A stretch of DNA of 32,000 nt from Promethearchaeia archaeon (GCA_046497275.1 JAWOFX010000091.1:2582-34581), one strand, 5' to 3'. Shown: positions 1-9,593, numbered from the stretch's first letter. Numbers and translations: made by a program. Notes: a model not told the origin generated them from the sequence alone.

Positions 1-627
1 GAGAGATTAGGATCTGATCAACAAGGCTTCAGAAGATTGATGGAAATATATGGATCAAACTGTAGAATGATACTAATTACTACGAAGATTTCAGGTATAA
101 TTGATCCAATTGTATCAAGATGTCAGCTTTTTTTAATTCCACAAATAAATTATAATAATTTTGAAAATTTAATAAATCAGATTGCTAAATCTGAATCACT
201 GGAATTAGGACAAGGAGTTGTAGAATTTCTTTTTCGATTATCAAAAGGTAAGATCGCAAATGCTATAGATTTATTACAATTATGTAGTACTACAGGGAAA
301 AAAGTCGATTTAGAGTCTCTTTATAAAAACTCAAAAAATTTTGAAAATCAAGAGATAAGAGATCTATTAAAATTAACCTTTACTGAAGATTTTAAAGAAA
401 TAAGAGAACATTTTAGAGAAATTTTATCAGAATACAAATATAATGTTCATGAATTTTTCATAAAAATTTTAAGTGAAATCCATAAACTTCCAATTTCTCA
501 ATATGGAAGAGCAAGACTGATTAATATGATTGCAGATTCTGATTTTAGATCTCTTGATGGATTAGATGACGATATTCAGATATCTGCTTTATTGACAAAA
601 TTATCCGAATTTAGTGAATATTTGTGA
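1..627 (+). CDS. rfcS: Replication factor C small subunit, 5'-partial (frame open from base 1)
   Basis: Frame 1 reads ERLGSDQQGFRRLMEIYGSNCRMILIT..IIDPIVSRC, matching RFC-S AQxALRRTME..CRFIL..IIxPIxSRC with the SRC arginine finger. Also has sensor-2-like GKIANAIDLLQ and a C-terminal collar (ADSDFRSLDG..IQISALL). Lies directly upstream of rfcL. Confidence 0.85.
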   Translation, partial: ERLGSDQQGFRRLMEIYGSNCRMILITTKISGIIDPIVSRCQLFLIPQINYNNFENLINQIAKSESLELGQGVVEFLFRLSKGKIANAIDLLQLCSTTGKKVDLESLYKNSKNFENQEIRDLLKLTFTEDFKEIREHFREILSEYKYNVHEFFIKILSEIHKLPISQYGRARLINMIADSDFRSLDGLDDDIQISALLTKLSEFSEYL

Positions 628-631
628 TGAT

Positions 632-1990
632 ATGAGTAATAATTCAAATGAACCATGGGTTGAAAAATACAGACCCAAAAGTATTAAGGAAATGGCACTT
701 CCGATGGCAAAACTGGGGAGGCAGCGAGTTAATGTTGCTGAAAAGTTAAAAGAATTCATACATAATTTTTTTGAAGAAATTAAAAAGATAAATGAAAAAA
801 ACCAACAGATTAGATCTTTTAACAGAACTGCCACTGAAAAACAACAGAAAGAAGAGATATCTCTCCCCCCAGAAAAAGCAGCGGTACTATTGGAAGGACA
901 ACCTGGAATTGGAAAGACCTCAATTGTATATGCTCTTGCAAATGATTTAAATATGGAAGTTATAGAAACGAATGCTTCTGATACTAGAACAAGAGACAGT
1001 TTGGAAGCAAAATTGAAAGAGACTTCAAAATCAAGGGGCATTATGGATTTCATAAGTGAAAAGAAGAAAAAATTACTCCTTATAGATGAAATCGATGGGA
1101 TATACGGAAATAAAGACAGAGGCGCGGTACCAGCTATATTAGATATAGTTAAACAAACACAATTTCCGATAATAATGTGCTCCAATGAATATAAATCAAA
1201 TCTTCAATCTCTCTATAATATAATTCCAAGATATGAAGTACATCCTCTTCCCAAGGACGAGATGATTAAAATTGCCGCTAAAATTATGAAAAATGAAAAT
1301 GTAAAAGAGATTACTAAGGAGGATTTAGAACTCATTATTGAGAGAAATGGAGGAGATTTAAGAGGAGTAATTAACGATCTTCAAGCATTGAGTAAGGGTG
1401 AGAGAAGTTCTGACGAAGAAAGAAAGGACATGATTTATTCCTTCCATCGCGATACTACAGAAGAGATATTTGGTATTATCCGTGATTTGTTTCAAGAAGT
1501 CGAAACTTTAGAGCAGGCAAGAGAACTTACCAATAAATCGGATGTTGATTACAACTTCTTATACAAATGGATCAATCAAAATATACCATCATTTATTACT
1601 TATAAGGATGAATTAGAAAACGCTTATGAAAACCTCGCAGAGGCAGATAAGATTTTTGGAAGAATTAGAAGAAATATGGAGTGGTCATTATTACCTTATT
1701 TCTACGATCTTTTTGCTGGAGGGGTTGTTTTGGTTCAGAAAAAAAGTCGATCTAAGGGATTCAGACCAGTTAATTTTCCCAGATATAGTAGTTCAGCAGG
1801 AATGTCTTTGAGTAATGCTGAAAAAAGTCTCTATCAAAAAATACGGCAAGTCTATGAAATATCACAAACTGAAGCATTAAGAGATTTCCTTCCATTTCTT
1901 AAAGTCTTATCAAGTTTATCCAGAAGGAATCTAAAAGAAATTAGCGATTGGTTAGATTTAACTGCTAAAGAAAAAAATTTGTTAAAATAG
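632..1990 (+). CDS. rfcL: Replication factor C large subunit
   Basis: PWVEKYRP box II, Walker A GQPGIGKT, ETNASD, Walker B LIDEIDG, GGDLRGVINDLQ, WINQNIP. ATG at 632, 4 nt after the rfcS stop, is preferred over the GTG at 614 that overlaps rfcS. Confidence 0.9.
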   Translation: MSNNSNEPWVEKYRPKSIKEMALPMAKLGRQRVNVAEKLKEFIHNFFEEIKKINEKNQQIRSFNRTATEKQQKEEISLPPEKAAVLLEGQPGIGKTSIVYALANDLNMEVIETNASDTRTRDSLEAKLKETSKSRGIMDFISEKKKKLLLIDEIDGIYGNKDRGAVPAILDIVKQTQFPIIMCSNEYKSNLQSLYNIIPRYEVHPLPKDEMIKIAAKIMKNENVKEITKEDLELIIERNGGDLRGVINDLQALSKGERSSDEERKDMIYSFHRDTTEEIFGIIRDLFQEVETLEQARELTNKSDVDYNFLYKWINQNIPSFITYKDELENAYENLAEADKIFGRIRRNMEWSLLPYFYDLFAGGVVLVQKKSRSKGFRPVNFPRYSSSAGMSLSNAEKSLYQKIRQVYEISQTEALRDFLPFLKVLSSLSRRNLKEISDWLDLTAKEKNLLK

Positions 1991-2262
1991 TTTCTTAATA
2001 CAGAAAAATTTTTTATTTACTTTATCTACCCATTTTTAGGTAGGAAAAGAGATTGGTCTAAGGGCTCAGAAACTATTTATATTCGTTTTTATTAATGATT
2101 TAGATTAAATATTGAAGAATTCAATTATATTTTCCTTTCCTTAAATTTATTTTGAAAATATTCTTTTATATTCTCACTCTATGTGTGAATTAGTGTTTTG
2201 ATTATTTATATATCTTATGAGTAATTTAAAAATACAGATTAAATATTATTTGTTTGATAAAA

Positions 2263-2895
2263 ATGACAGAAGAAGAAGAATTAGATGAAGTTGAAAAAGA
2301 AGCACACATGAATAAGAGATCCCAATTATTATTAAAAGTAATCGGTGCCGCTATCTTTGGAGCCCTTTCAGCAGTGAGTTACCCTCTTTTGAAACCTTTA
2401 ATAGATGCAACGCGAGTACCTCAAGGATTAGCGCTTTTTGATCCTATCTCAATTATTTGGGTAACTTGTTTTTTAATCTTCGGTCCATATGCCGGAGTCT
2501 TATGTTGTTTAATAGGTTTCGTGACTTTAATACCATTTGATCAATCTATTCCGATTATTGCTCCCTTTTTAAAATTTTCTGCAACTATTCCCTTAATCAT
2601 TATCCCGACTTTAGTTTTAAGATTATATAAGAAAAGAGAGAATATTAATAGAAGTCAGAAACTATTAAAACCATTTAATTATTTCGTTTCAGGTGCTTTA
2701 TCAATTGTGGTCAGAATAATGGTAATGATTTTACTCAATATTATAGTATATTTGGCATTCTTTGGAAGAGCTGGTTTGGAAGCATGGTTAGTCTTAATTG
2801 TTATTGTAAATGCTATTACTAGTGTCTGGGATTTATTTGTACCTTATATAATAATTAAGGGTCTAAATATATACAAAGAATTTCAAATATGGTAA
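2263..2895 (+). CDS. ECF transporter substrate-specific S component, substrate unknown
   Basis: About 6 hydrophobic helices, N-terminal AAIFGALSAV helix and FLIFGPYAGVLCCLIG (GPxxG signature of S components). ATG at 2263; the ORF track starts at TTG 2254. Confidence 0.65.
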   Translation: MTEEEELDEVEKEAHMNKRSQLLLKVIGAAIFGALSAVSYPLLKPLIDATRVPQGLALFDPISIIWVTCFLIFGPYAGVLCCLIGFVTLIPFDQSIPIIAPFLKFSATIPLIIIPTLVLRLYKKRENINRSQKLLKPFNYFVSGALSIVVRIMVMILLNIIVYLAFFGRAGLEAWLVLIVIVNAITSVWDLFVPYIIIKGLNIYKEFQIW

Positions 2896-2911
2896 TTTTT
2901 TTTATTTTTTT
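2896..2911 (+). terminator. Oligo-T archaeal terminator candidate
   Basis: T8-A-T7 immediately after the ECF-S stop codon. Confidence 0.5.
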
Positions 2912-2997
2912 CTTAGTATCTTTTCAAATGCCAAATATTAATATAGATTTGAAATAAATTTTATTATTATTCAAAAATATACATTGAGCTGGTTTAA

Positions 2998-3795
2998 ATT
3001 TCAAATCTCAAATATGAGTCCATAAATCTTAAACAAAATAATGGAGTATTAAATATTATTTTAAATCGACCAGAAAAATTGAATGCGTTAAATTATCCAT
3101 TAATAATGGAAATTGTTGATGTTCTGGAAAAATCAATGAAAAATAAAGAAATTAGAGTAATCACAATTAAAGGTGCCGGTAAATGTTTTTGTACTGGAGA
3201 TGATTTAAAAAAAATGGGGCCTAATGGCGTCCAATTTGCACCCTTAGATGATGGATCTCAACTCCCCCATCAGCGAATGGTAAGATTAATTAGAAAAATT
3301 CAAAAACCCGTAATAGCTTTACTCCATGGTTATTGTTTAGGTGCAGGATTTGATCTCGCCTTAGCGTGTGATTTTAGAATTGCAGCAAATAATCTTGAGA
3401 TTGGTGATCATCGCGCCTCGCGTGCAATCTGTGTTATGAGTGGGGGTACTTGGTTCCTCCAGAGGATTGTAGGATTTGGGAGGGCAACCGAGATAATTTT
3501 GACAGGAAAACATCTAAATGCAAAAGAAGCATATGAAATTGGATTAATTACTCAATATTTTTCGGAAAATGAATTTGAAAAAGAATCCGAAAAATTTATT
3601 CAGAAGATTGCGCAGATGCCTACAAAATGTCTTGGTTATAATAAAACTATGTTAAATTACTCTCTCCGAAATGATCTATTTCCCTCCTTAAAAAATGAAT
3701 TTAGACTCTATTGCAAAAATATTGCAACTAAAGATTTTGGAGAGGGAATGAAATCATTTCAAGAAAATAGAGAGCCAAAATTTATTGGAAAATAA
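2998..3795 (+). CDS. Enoyl-CoA hydratase/isomerase (crotonase) family protein
   Basis: LNRPEKLNAL, FCTGDDL, KPVIALLHGYCLGAGFDLALACDFRIAA, GFGRATEIILTG, DFGEGMKSFQENREPKFIGK. Homology extends upstream of the called TTG 3079 to an ATT at 2998, which directly follows an in-frame TAA. Confidence 0.9.
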   Translation: MSNLKYESINLKQNNGVLNIILNRPEKLNALNYPLIMEIVDVLEKSMKNKEIRVITIKGAGKCFCTGDDLKKMGPNGVQFAPLDDGSQLPHQRMVRLIRKIQKPVIALLHGYCLGAGFDLALACDFRIAANNLEIGDHRASRAICVMSGGTWFLQRIVGFGRATEIILTGKHLNAKEAYEIGLITQYFSENEFEKESEKFIQKIAQMPTKCLGYNKTMLNYSLRNDLFPSLKNEFRLYCKNIATKDFGEGMKSFQENREPKFIGK

Positions 3796-3816
3796 TTCAA
3801 ATAAGAAAATAAGAAA

Positions 3817-5079
3817 ATGGAAATTACAAATAATTTAAAAGAGTATATTCAAGATAAAGCTGTCCAAAGATTTTTGAAATATGTTAAAATAGATTCCCAG
3901 TCTAAGGAGGATTCCAACTCCTTTCCCTCAAGGAAGGAGCAGATTCAATTTGGAGAGATTTTGGTGGAAGAATTAAAAACATTGGGATTAGAAGATATTG
4001 TCCATGATACATATGGATATATATATGCTCACATTCCCCCCTCTGAAGGCTATGAAAATATTCAATCTATTGGATTCATCGCTCATCTTGATACAGCGCC
4101 CTCAGTGAGCGGTAAAAATGTGGAACCTGTGATTCATAAAAATTATGATGGAGGAATAATAAAATTCGAAGAGAATGAGGAGTTAGAACTCTCTCCAGAA
4201 GATTCTCCTGAATTAAATGAATATATAGGTTATAATATTATTACCTCCAAGGGAGATACTTTACTGGGAGCGGATGATAAGGCAGGTATCGCAGAAATTA
4301 TTACAATGTGTGATGTTTTTAATAAGTTTAAAGAATTAAAGCATGGACCTATAATTGTTTGTTTTTTTCCAGATGAGGAATTAGGAAAAGGTACGGAACA
4401 TATTGATTTATCTAAGTTACCAGAGATTTGTTACACTATTGATGGATCTAAAATGGGAGAATTAGAATTTGAATGTTTTGATGCATGGAAACTCAAAATT
4501 AATTTTAAGGGATTGAATGTTCATCCAGGATATGCTAAAGGGTTGATGATTAACTCAATAAGGATAGCAACTCAATTTTTAAATGAAATACCAGAAAACG
4601 AAATTCCAAGAAACACTGAAAAAAGAGAAGGATTTTATCATTTAACCAATTTAATGGGAGATCCTGAAGAATCAAAGGTAACTCTTCTGTTAAGAGATTT
4701 TGATAAAGAAAATAATCTAAAAAGATTTGAGTATCTTAATAAATTAAAAGAACTCTATGAACTGCGATATAACGGTCTAAAGATTGATATAAAGCGTGAA
4801 CATCAATATGAAAACATGAAAAACTATATAGAAAATAATTCAGGGGTGATAAATCTCGCGAAAAAGGCAATTCTTAAGGCTGATTTAGAACTTGAAATTC
4901 ATTCCATTAGAGGGGGAACAGATGGTGCGCATTTAAGTGCGAAGGGGATTCCAACACCTAATATCTTTACTGGAGGATTACTTTTTCATTCTAAAAAAGA
5001 ATATATTCCTACAATAGCTTTAAAAAAGGCTACAGAAGTAATTCTTTATTTAATTAATCTATGGACTGAATTAAAATAA
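3817..5079 (+). CDS. pepT: Peptidase T (M20 tripeptide aminopeptidase)
   Basis: IAHLDT, LGADDKAGIAEI, PDEELG, VHPGYAKGLMINS, IRGGTDGAHLS..IPTPNIFTGG..FHSKKEY. Confidence 0.95.
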   Translation: MEITNNLKEYIQDKAVQRFLKYVKIDSQSKEDSNSFPSRKEQIQFGEILVEELKTLGLEDIVHDTYGYIYAHIPPSEGYENIQSIGFIAHLDTAPSVSGKNVEPVIHKNYDGGIIKFEENEELELSPEDSPELNEYIGYNIITSKGDTLLGADDKAGIAEIITMCDVFNKFKELKHGPIIVCFFPDEELGKGTEHIDLSKLPEICYTIDGSKMGELEFECFDAWKLKINFKGLNVHPGYAKGLMINSIRIATQFLNEIPENEIPRNTEKREGFYHLTNLMGDPEESKVTLLLRDFDKENNLKRFEYLNKLKELYELRYNGLKIDIKREHQYENMKNYIENNSGVINLAKKAILKADLELEIHSIRGGTDGAHLSAKGIPTPNIFTGGLLFHSKKEYIPTIALKKATEVILYLINLWTELK

Positions 5080-5106
5080 AAGATTAAAAAAAGAAAAATA
5101 ATATAA

Positions 5107-7758
5107 TTATTTTTTACTAGAGTATTTTGCTGAGATAATTTTCACCAATTCCATCCAAAAGCTAAAAACTATAGAAATTCCGAAGATCAAAAGCCACTCC
5201 AGAGCACCAATAGCGGTTACTCTGAGTACATCTTGAAGACCCGGTACATAAACGATTAAAAACATCACTCCAATTGCTCCTAAAGCCCAAATTATCATCA
5301 TCTTATTAGAAAGATACCCCACTTTTTTCAAGGGATCTCTAATTGTCCTCATATTGAGTGCTAACAATACATGGGAAATCATCCAAGTAGCAAAAGCCAT
5401 CGTCCTTGCCACGGGTGCGGGATAAAATGTTAGAGCAAATAGATATACAATCAATACTGCTCCAATAAGACTAATGGCTCCCATAATAATGCCCAAATTC
5501 ATTTGTTTATCAATAAATTTAGCATCTGGATCTCGTGGTGGTAGTTTCATTACATCTGTTTCACTAGGTTCTACAACAAAAGTTACCGATGCTGCTAAAT
5601 CCATAAATAATTCTAAAAGGATGATTTGAATAGGTGCAAACGGCAATTGCAGTCCAAATATTACAGGCAAGAGAAATATTACAATAAGTGCCATTTTGAC
5701 AGCTAAATAATAACGGACACCCTTTCTGAGATTATCATATAGTTTCCTTCCCTCTTCTACCGCATAAGTAATGGTTGCAAAGTTATCATCAAGAAGAACC
5801 ATATCAGCAGATTCTCTGGCTACATCAGTTCCAGAGATCCCCATAGCAACACCAATATCAGCTTTTTTTAAGGCAGGAGCATCATTAATACCATCTCCGG
5901 TCACAGCAACTTGTTCTCCGTTTTCTTTTAGAGCTTCAACAATTTTGAGTTTATGTGCTGGAGTCGTTCGTGAAAAGATATTAATATAATTTACTCGTCC
6001 TTTCAATCCATCTTTATCCATTTCTTCCACATCTGAACCCAGCAATACTTTTGCAGAGTCTATCCCGATTTCTTTTCCGATCGCTTGAGCTGTCTGCTCA
6101 TAATCACCTGTAATCATTATTACTCTAATTCCTGCATTTTTACACTCCTTTATAGCATCACTAACTTCACCTCTGGGAGGATCGATAAAACCAGCAATTC
6201 CACAGAATGTTAAATCTTTTTCAGCCTCTTCTTGCGATATATCAGGAGTGTTTAGTTCCTTAAATGCAAATCCTAATACTCGTAATCCGCTTTCTGCCAT
6301 TTCTTCAACTATTTGTATGATTTCTTCTCTAAGTTCTGTTGTTAATTGTTTCTTTGCTCCATCAGAAATGTATTCTTTTGAATTATTGAGTATTTGTTCT
6401 GTCGCTCCTTTAATAAATAAATTATAATCGTTATTAAATTTATAAATCTGCGACATCATCATTCTTTTATTATCAAAGGTAAATTCTTGGTTTAACTCAT
6501 ATTTCTCTGATAAGTCAGAATATGAGATATTAGCTTCTTCAGCAGCTTGAATCAATGCTATTTCCATTGGATCTCCCCTATAAGAAGTAGATACTCCAGT
6601 TCCCTCTACTAATACATCGTTAACCATGGCACCAATCTCTAATACTCGTCTCTGGCACTCTGATAATTCCTTACCATTAAGTTCAATTAGTTCTCCGTCT
6701 GAATATATTTTGGTTAATTTCATCTGATTTTGTGTAAGAGTTCCTGTTTTATCAGTTGCTATTACCGTTACACTTCCTAATGTTTCAGCTGTTCTTAAAT
6801 ATTTGACGAGAGCGTTATTTTTTGAGAGAGAATAAGCTCCTAATGCCAAAACAACTGTTATTATAATTGGCAATTCTTCTGGAATTGTGGCAAAGGATAA
6901 ACTCAAACCTGTTAAGACCATTTCATACCATGGTTTTCCCTGAATTATCCCAATAATAGGTATTATTGCCGCAAAAAATAGGGCAATTCCAACAAGCCAT
7001 AAAGATAATTGTTTCATAGCCATCTGTAATGGTGTTTTAGGTTCTTTTATACTTTTAGTAAGACCAGCAATTTGCCCTAATTCTGTATCCATTCCAGTTG
7101 CTACTGCTATCCCTTTTCCCTTGCCTCTGGTCACAGTTGTGCCAGCATATGCCATATTTACTCTTTCCATTAAATCAGTTTTTTCAGAAAGTGTCTCTTC
7201 TGCATTTTTAGTCACCGGTAAAGATTCACCTGTAAGGGGAGATTCATCTATTTGAAGCCCATAGGCTTCTGTTAAGCGAACATCAGATGGAACACGTTTT
7301 CCAACTTTTAAATAAATAACATCTCCAGGAACTATATTTTCTGGTTTGATCTCTCTTATTTCTCCCTCTCGGAGCACTATTGCTTCTGGAATTGCTAATT
7401 TTTTCAAAGACGCAATTTTTTTCTTCGCCCGATATTCGTTATAGATCTCAACGAAAACTAACACTGCAATTATTACAAAAATAGTAATTCCATCAAAAAT
7501 ATCCCCTTGTTCAAAAAATATTCCGAAAATAGTATAGAGGATTCCTACACCGAAAAGAAGTAAAATCATAGGTTCAAAAATTTCATGCAGTAAAACCTCT
7601 AGAAACCTAACTTCCTGCTCTTCTTCAAGTTTATTAGGACCATATTTTTCGAATCTGTTTGTGATATCCTCTTCTGATAAGCCTTGTGATAGATTAACTT
7701 TTAATTCTGTTGAAATCTCCTCAATTGATTTTGTATATGGATTTTTAATTTCACTCAT
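5107..7758 (-). CDS. P-type cation-transporting ATPase (P2-like, atypical ion site)
   Basis: TGES, phosphorylation site DKTGTLT, KGATE, DPPR, MITGD, TGDGINDAPALKKADIG; about 10 TM helices. Confidence 0.95.
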   Translation of the reverse strand: MSEIKNPYTKSIEEISTELKVNLSQGLSEEDITNRFEKYGPNKLEEEQEVRFLEVLLHEIFEPMILLLFGVGILYTIFGIFFEQGDIFDGITIFVIIAVLVFVEIYNEYRAKKKIASLKKLAIPEAIVLREGEIREIKPENIVPGDVIYLKVGKRVPSDVRLTEAYGLQIDESPLTGESLPVTKNAEETLSEKTDLMERVNMAYAGTTVTRGKGKGIAVATGMDTELGQIAGLTKSIKEPKTPLQMAMKQLSLWLVGIALFFAAIIPIIGIIQGKPWYEMVLTGLSLSFATIPEELPIIITVVLALGAYSLSKNNALVKYLRTAETLGSVTVIATDKTGTLTQNQMKLTKIYSDGELIELNGKELSECQRRVLEIGAMVNDVLVEGTGVSTSYRGDPMEIALIQAAEEANISYSDLSEKYELNQEFTFDNKRMMMSQIYKFNNDYNLFIKGATEQILNNSKEYISDGAKKQLTTELREEIIQIVEEMAESGLRVLGFAFKELNTPDISQEEAEKDLTFCGIAGFIDPPRGEVSDAIKECKNAGIRVIMITGDYEQTAQAIGKEIGIDSAKVLLGSDVEEMDKDGLKGRVNYINIFSRTTPAHKLKIVEALKENGEQVAVTGDGINDAPALKKADIGVAMGISGTDVARESADMVLLDDNFATITYAVEEGRKLYDNLRKGVRYYLAVKMALIVIFLLPVIFGLQLPFAPIQIILLELFMDLAASVTFVVEPSETDVMKLPPRDPDAKFIDKQMNLGIIMGAISLIGAVLIVYLFALTFYPAPVARTMAFATWMISHVLLALNMRTIRDPLKKVGYLSNKMMIIWALGAIGVMFLIVYVPGLQDVLRVTAIGALEWLLIFGISIVFSFWMELVKIISAKYSSKK

Positions 7759-7886
7759 TATAATCCACGAAAGATTATTTGATTTTTTATATTAATTTTA
7801 GTTCTAAAAACTTTAAAATTGATTATTTTATGAATTATTAAAAATTTCGGAATATAAAAAATCAAGTATTCAAATAGAATGATTTA

Positions 7887-9593
7887 TCATGTGAGAGACA
7901 AAAAGTAGCTTAACCCTTGACCTAATCCATATACAGACGAAATAGTTGCCCCAAAAAAGATCTGAATAATAATAAATGAACTAATTAATGTAGATAAAAA
8001 ATTTTTTGTATCTTCATAGAGATAAGTATTTTTAACACTAACAACAAACATAACTAAATTTGTGGCTACAAATCCAGGCACAAGAATCCAGCTTAATGTG
8101 ATCCCAAATATAATGCTTTGCATAACTGCTGAAAGGCCTATCATAATTGCAATCCTTCTTTTTTTAGAATTTATAATTTTTAATTCAGGATAAATGATCT
8201 CTCTATAAAAAATTTCCAAATTGACATATAAGGGAAATGCTGTCAATGCAAGAAGAAAATCGCTTAATTTTGTAGGGAAAAAGAATGCAAAAGGATATGA
8301 TATGGAAAAAATCAAATAAAATCCTATAAAAAAAATGGCACTTAACATTGAAAACCCAATACTATTTAATTTAAATTGTGAAAGTATAGAAGTTCTCAGA
8401 GTTGATAAAAAAGTTTTCTTTGATTCTGTATTATCATATAGTGTCATTAATCGGAAAAGTATAAATGAGAACATTAAAATTAGAGACCCAATTAATAATG
8501 CAAATACCCCTAATGCGATGGTGAAGAAAAGATAAGTGAATATGAATATTAAAAAGTATCCAATTATTCTCAAGGCAGTTTTTTTATTATCTTTTTCAAT
8601 TATTTCATTTTTTATAAAATAAGTATCTTTCATTGGGCGTAAATTAAAGAATGAGGAAAAATATCTCGCAAGGTACATAGAAGTTAAAAACAAAAGAAAT
8701 AAATTTATAAAGAGAAATAAGTAGTTAAGATAATAGGAAACTGAAATTGGCCCATTAATATCCTCAGAGTTGAAAAAGATTGCTTCAAAAAAATTGATCG
8801 TATTAATCTCTAAACTAGTACTTACAATTAGATGTTCCATTCCAAACATAGGAGTTGTTACCTGTATTAGAGTTCCATTGGTCAGAGCTTGGGCGGCTAG
8901 GGCATTATCCTCAAATGGAAGGACGGGATCATTGATGTGATGGATAATTAATAGATTTTGGACGTTAGATTCATTTATTAAGTTAATTGGAATATAATCA
9001 TTAAAAATAGAATCCTCACTAATGCCAAATCCTCCTAAATCTAAATCTACTAACCCCGCCCAGGTAACTGTGGCATTAAACCTAGGATCCAAGGCATCAT
9101 TCATTAAAACGACCATTCCCCCTAAAGAATGACCGATTAAACCAATTTGGGAACTATTAATCTCATTTTTATAGATGGTGAGGGTTTCTAATTTATCTAA
9201 AAGATTAGAGCAATCTTGCGCTAGTCCAGGGAGATTATTATCTCCTATATTGAAAAGATTTCCGCCACTCTCTCCGTGACCTTGATAATCAATTGATGCC
9301 ACAAAAAATCCTCTTTTTGTAAGTTCTACGGGAGCTCTTAGATCAAAATCTCTCTGACTCTGGAAAGCATGAGCAAAAATAACAAGTGGGTGTTTATCTT
9401 GAAATTCCAAATCATTGCTTGGATAATAAAGATTTGCATATAATTTAGCTCCAGCAGATTCAAATTCTATTCTTTCATAATAATTATAACTATAAGAACG
9501 ATTGATATAGAGAAATAAAAGAGAGATTACAAAAATAAAACTAACGATAACAATTTTGTAGATTTTTGATTTTTTCTCTGACTTCTTCTCCAT
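7887..9593 (-). CDS. Membrane-anchored alpha/beta hydrolase with C-terminal multi-TM domain
   Basis: N-terminal TM helix, IDYQGHGES, nucleophile elbow GHSLGG, candidate Asp (NDPVLP) and His (GMEHL). About 280 aa of hydrophobic helices follow. Confidence 0.85.
   Translation of the reverse strand: MEKKSEKKSKIYKIVIVSFIFVISLLFLYINRSYSYNYYERIEFESAGAKLYANLYYPSNDLEFQDKHPLVIFAHAFQSQRDFDLRAPVELTKRGFFVASIDYQGHGESGGNLFNIGDNNLPGLAQDCSNLLDKLETLTIYKNEINSSQIGLIGHSLGGMVVLMNDALDPRFNATVTWAGLVDLDLGGFGISEDSIFNDYIPINLINESNVQNLLIIHHINDPVLPFEDNALAAQALTNGTLIQVTTPMFGMEHLIVSTSLEINTINFFEAIFFNSEDINGPISVSYYLNYLFLFINLFLLFLTSMYLARYFSSFFNLRPMKDTYFIKNEIIEKDNKKTALRIIGYFLIFIFTYLFFTIALGVFALLIGSLILMFSFILFRLMTLYDNTESKKTFLSTLRTSILSQFKLNSIGFSMLSAIFFIGFYLIFSISYPFAFFFPTKLSDFLLALTAFPLYVNLEIFYREIIYPELKIINSKKRRIAIMIGLSAVMQSIIFGITLSWILVPGFVATNLVMFVVSVKNTYLYEDTKNFLSTLISSFIIIQIFFGATISSVYGLGQGLSYFLSLT

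Noticed and set aside
601-1185. 194-aa minus-strand ORF
   Set aside because: Antisense shadow of rfcL with no recognisable motifs.
2026-2070. Small hairpin (CTACC-N8-GGTAG) and GC-richer patch upstream of the ECF S gene, considered as a riboswitch
   Set aside because: No TPP, FMN, cobalamin or fluoride riboswitch core is recognisable; the stem is only 5-6 bp and about 200 nt from the start. An Infernal/Rfam scan would settle it.
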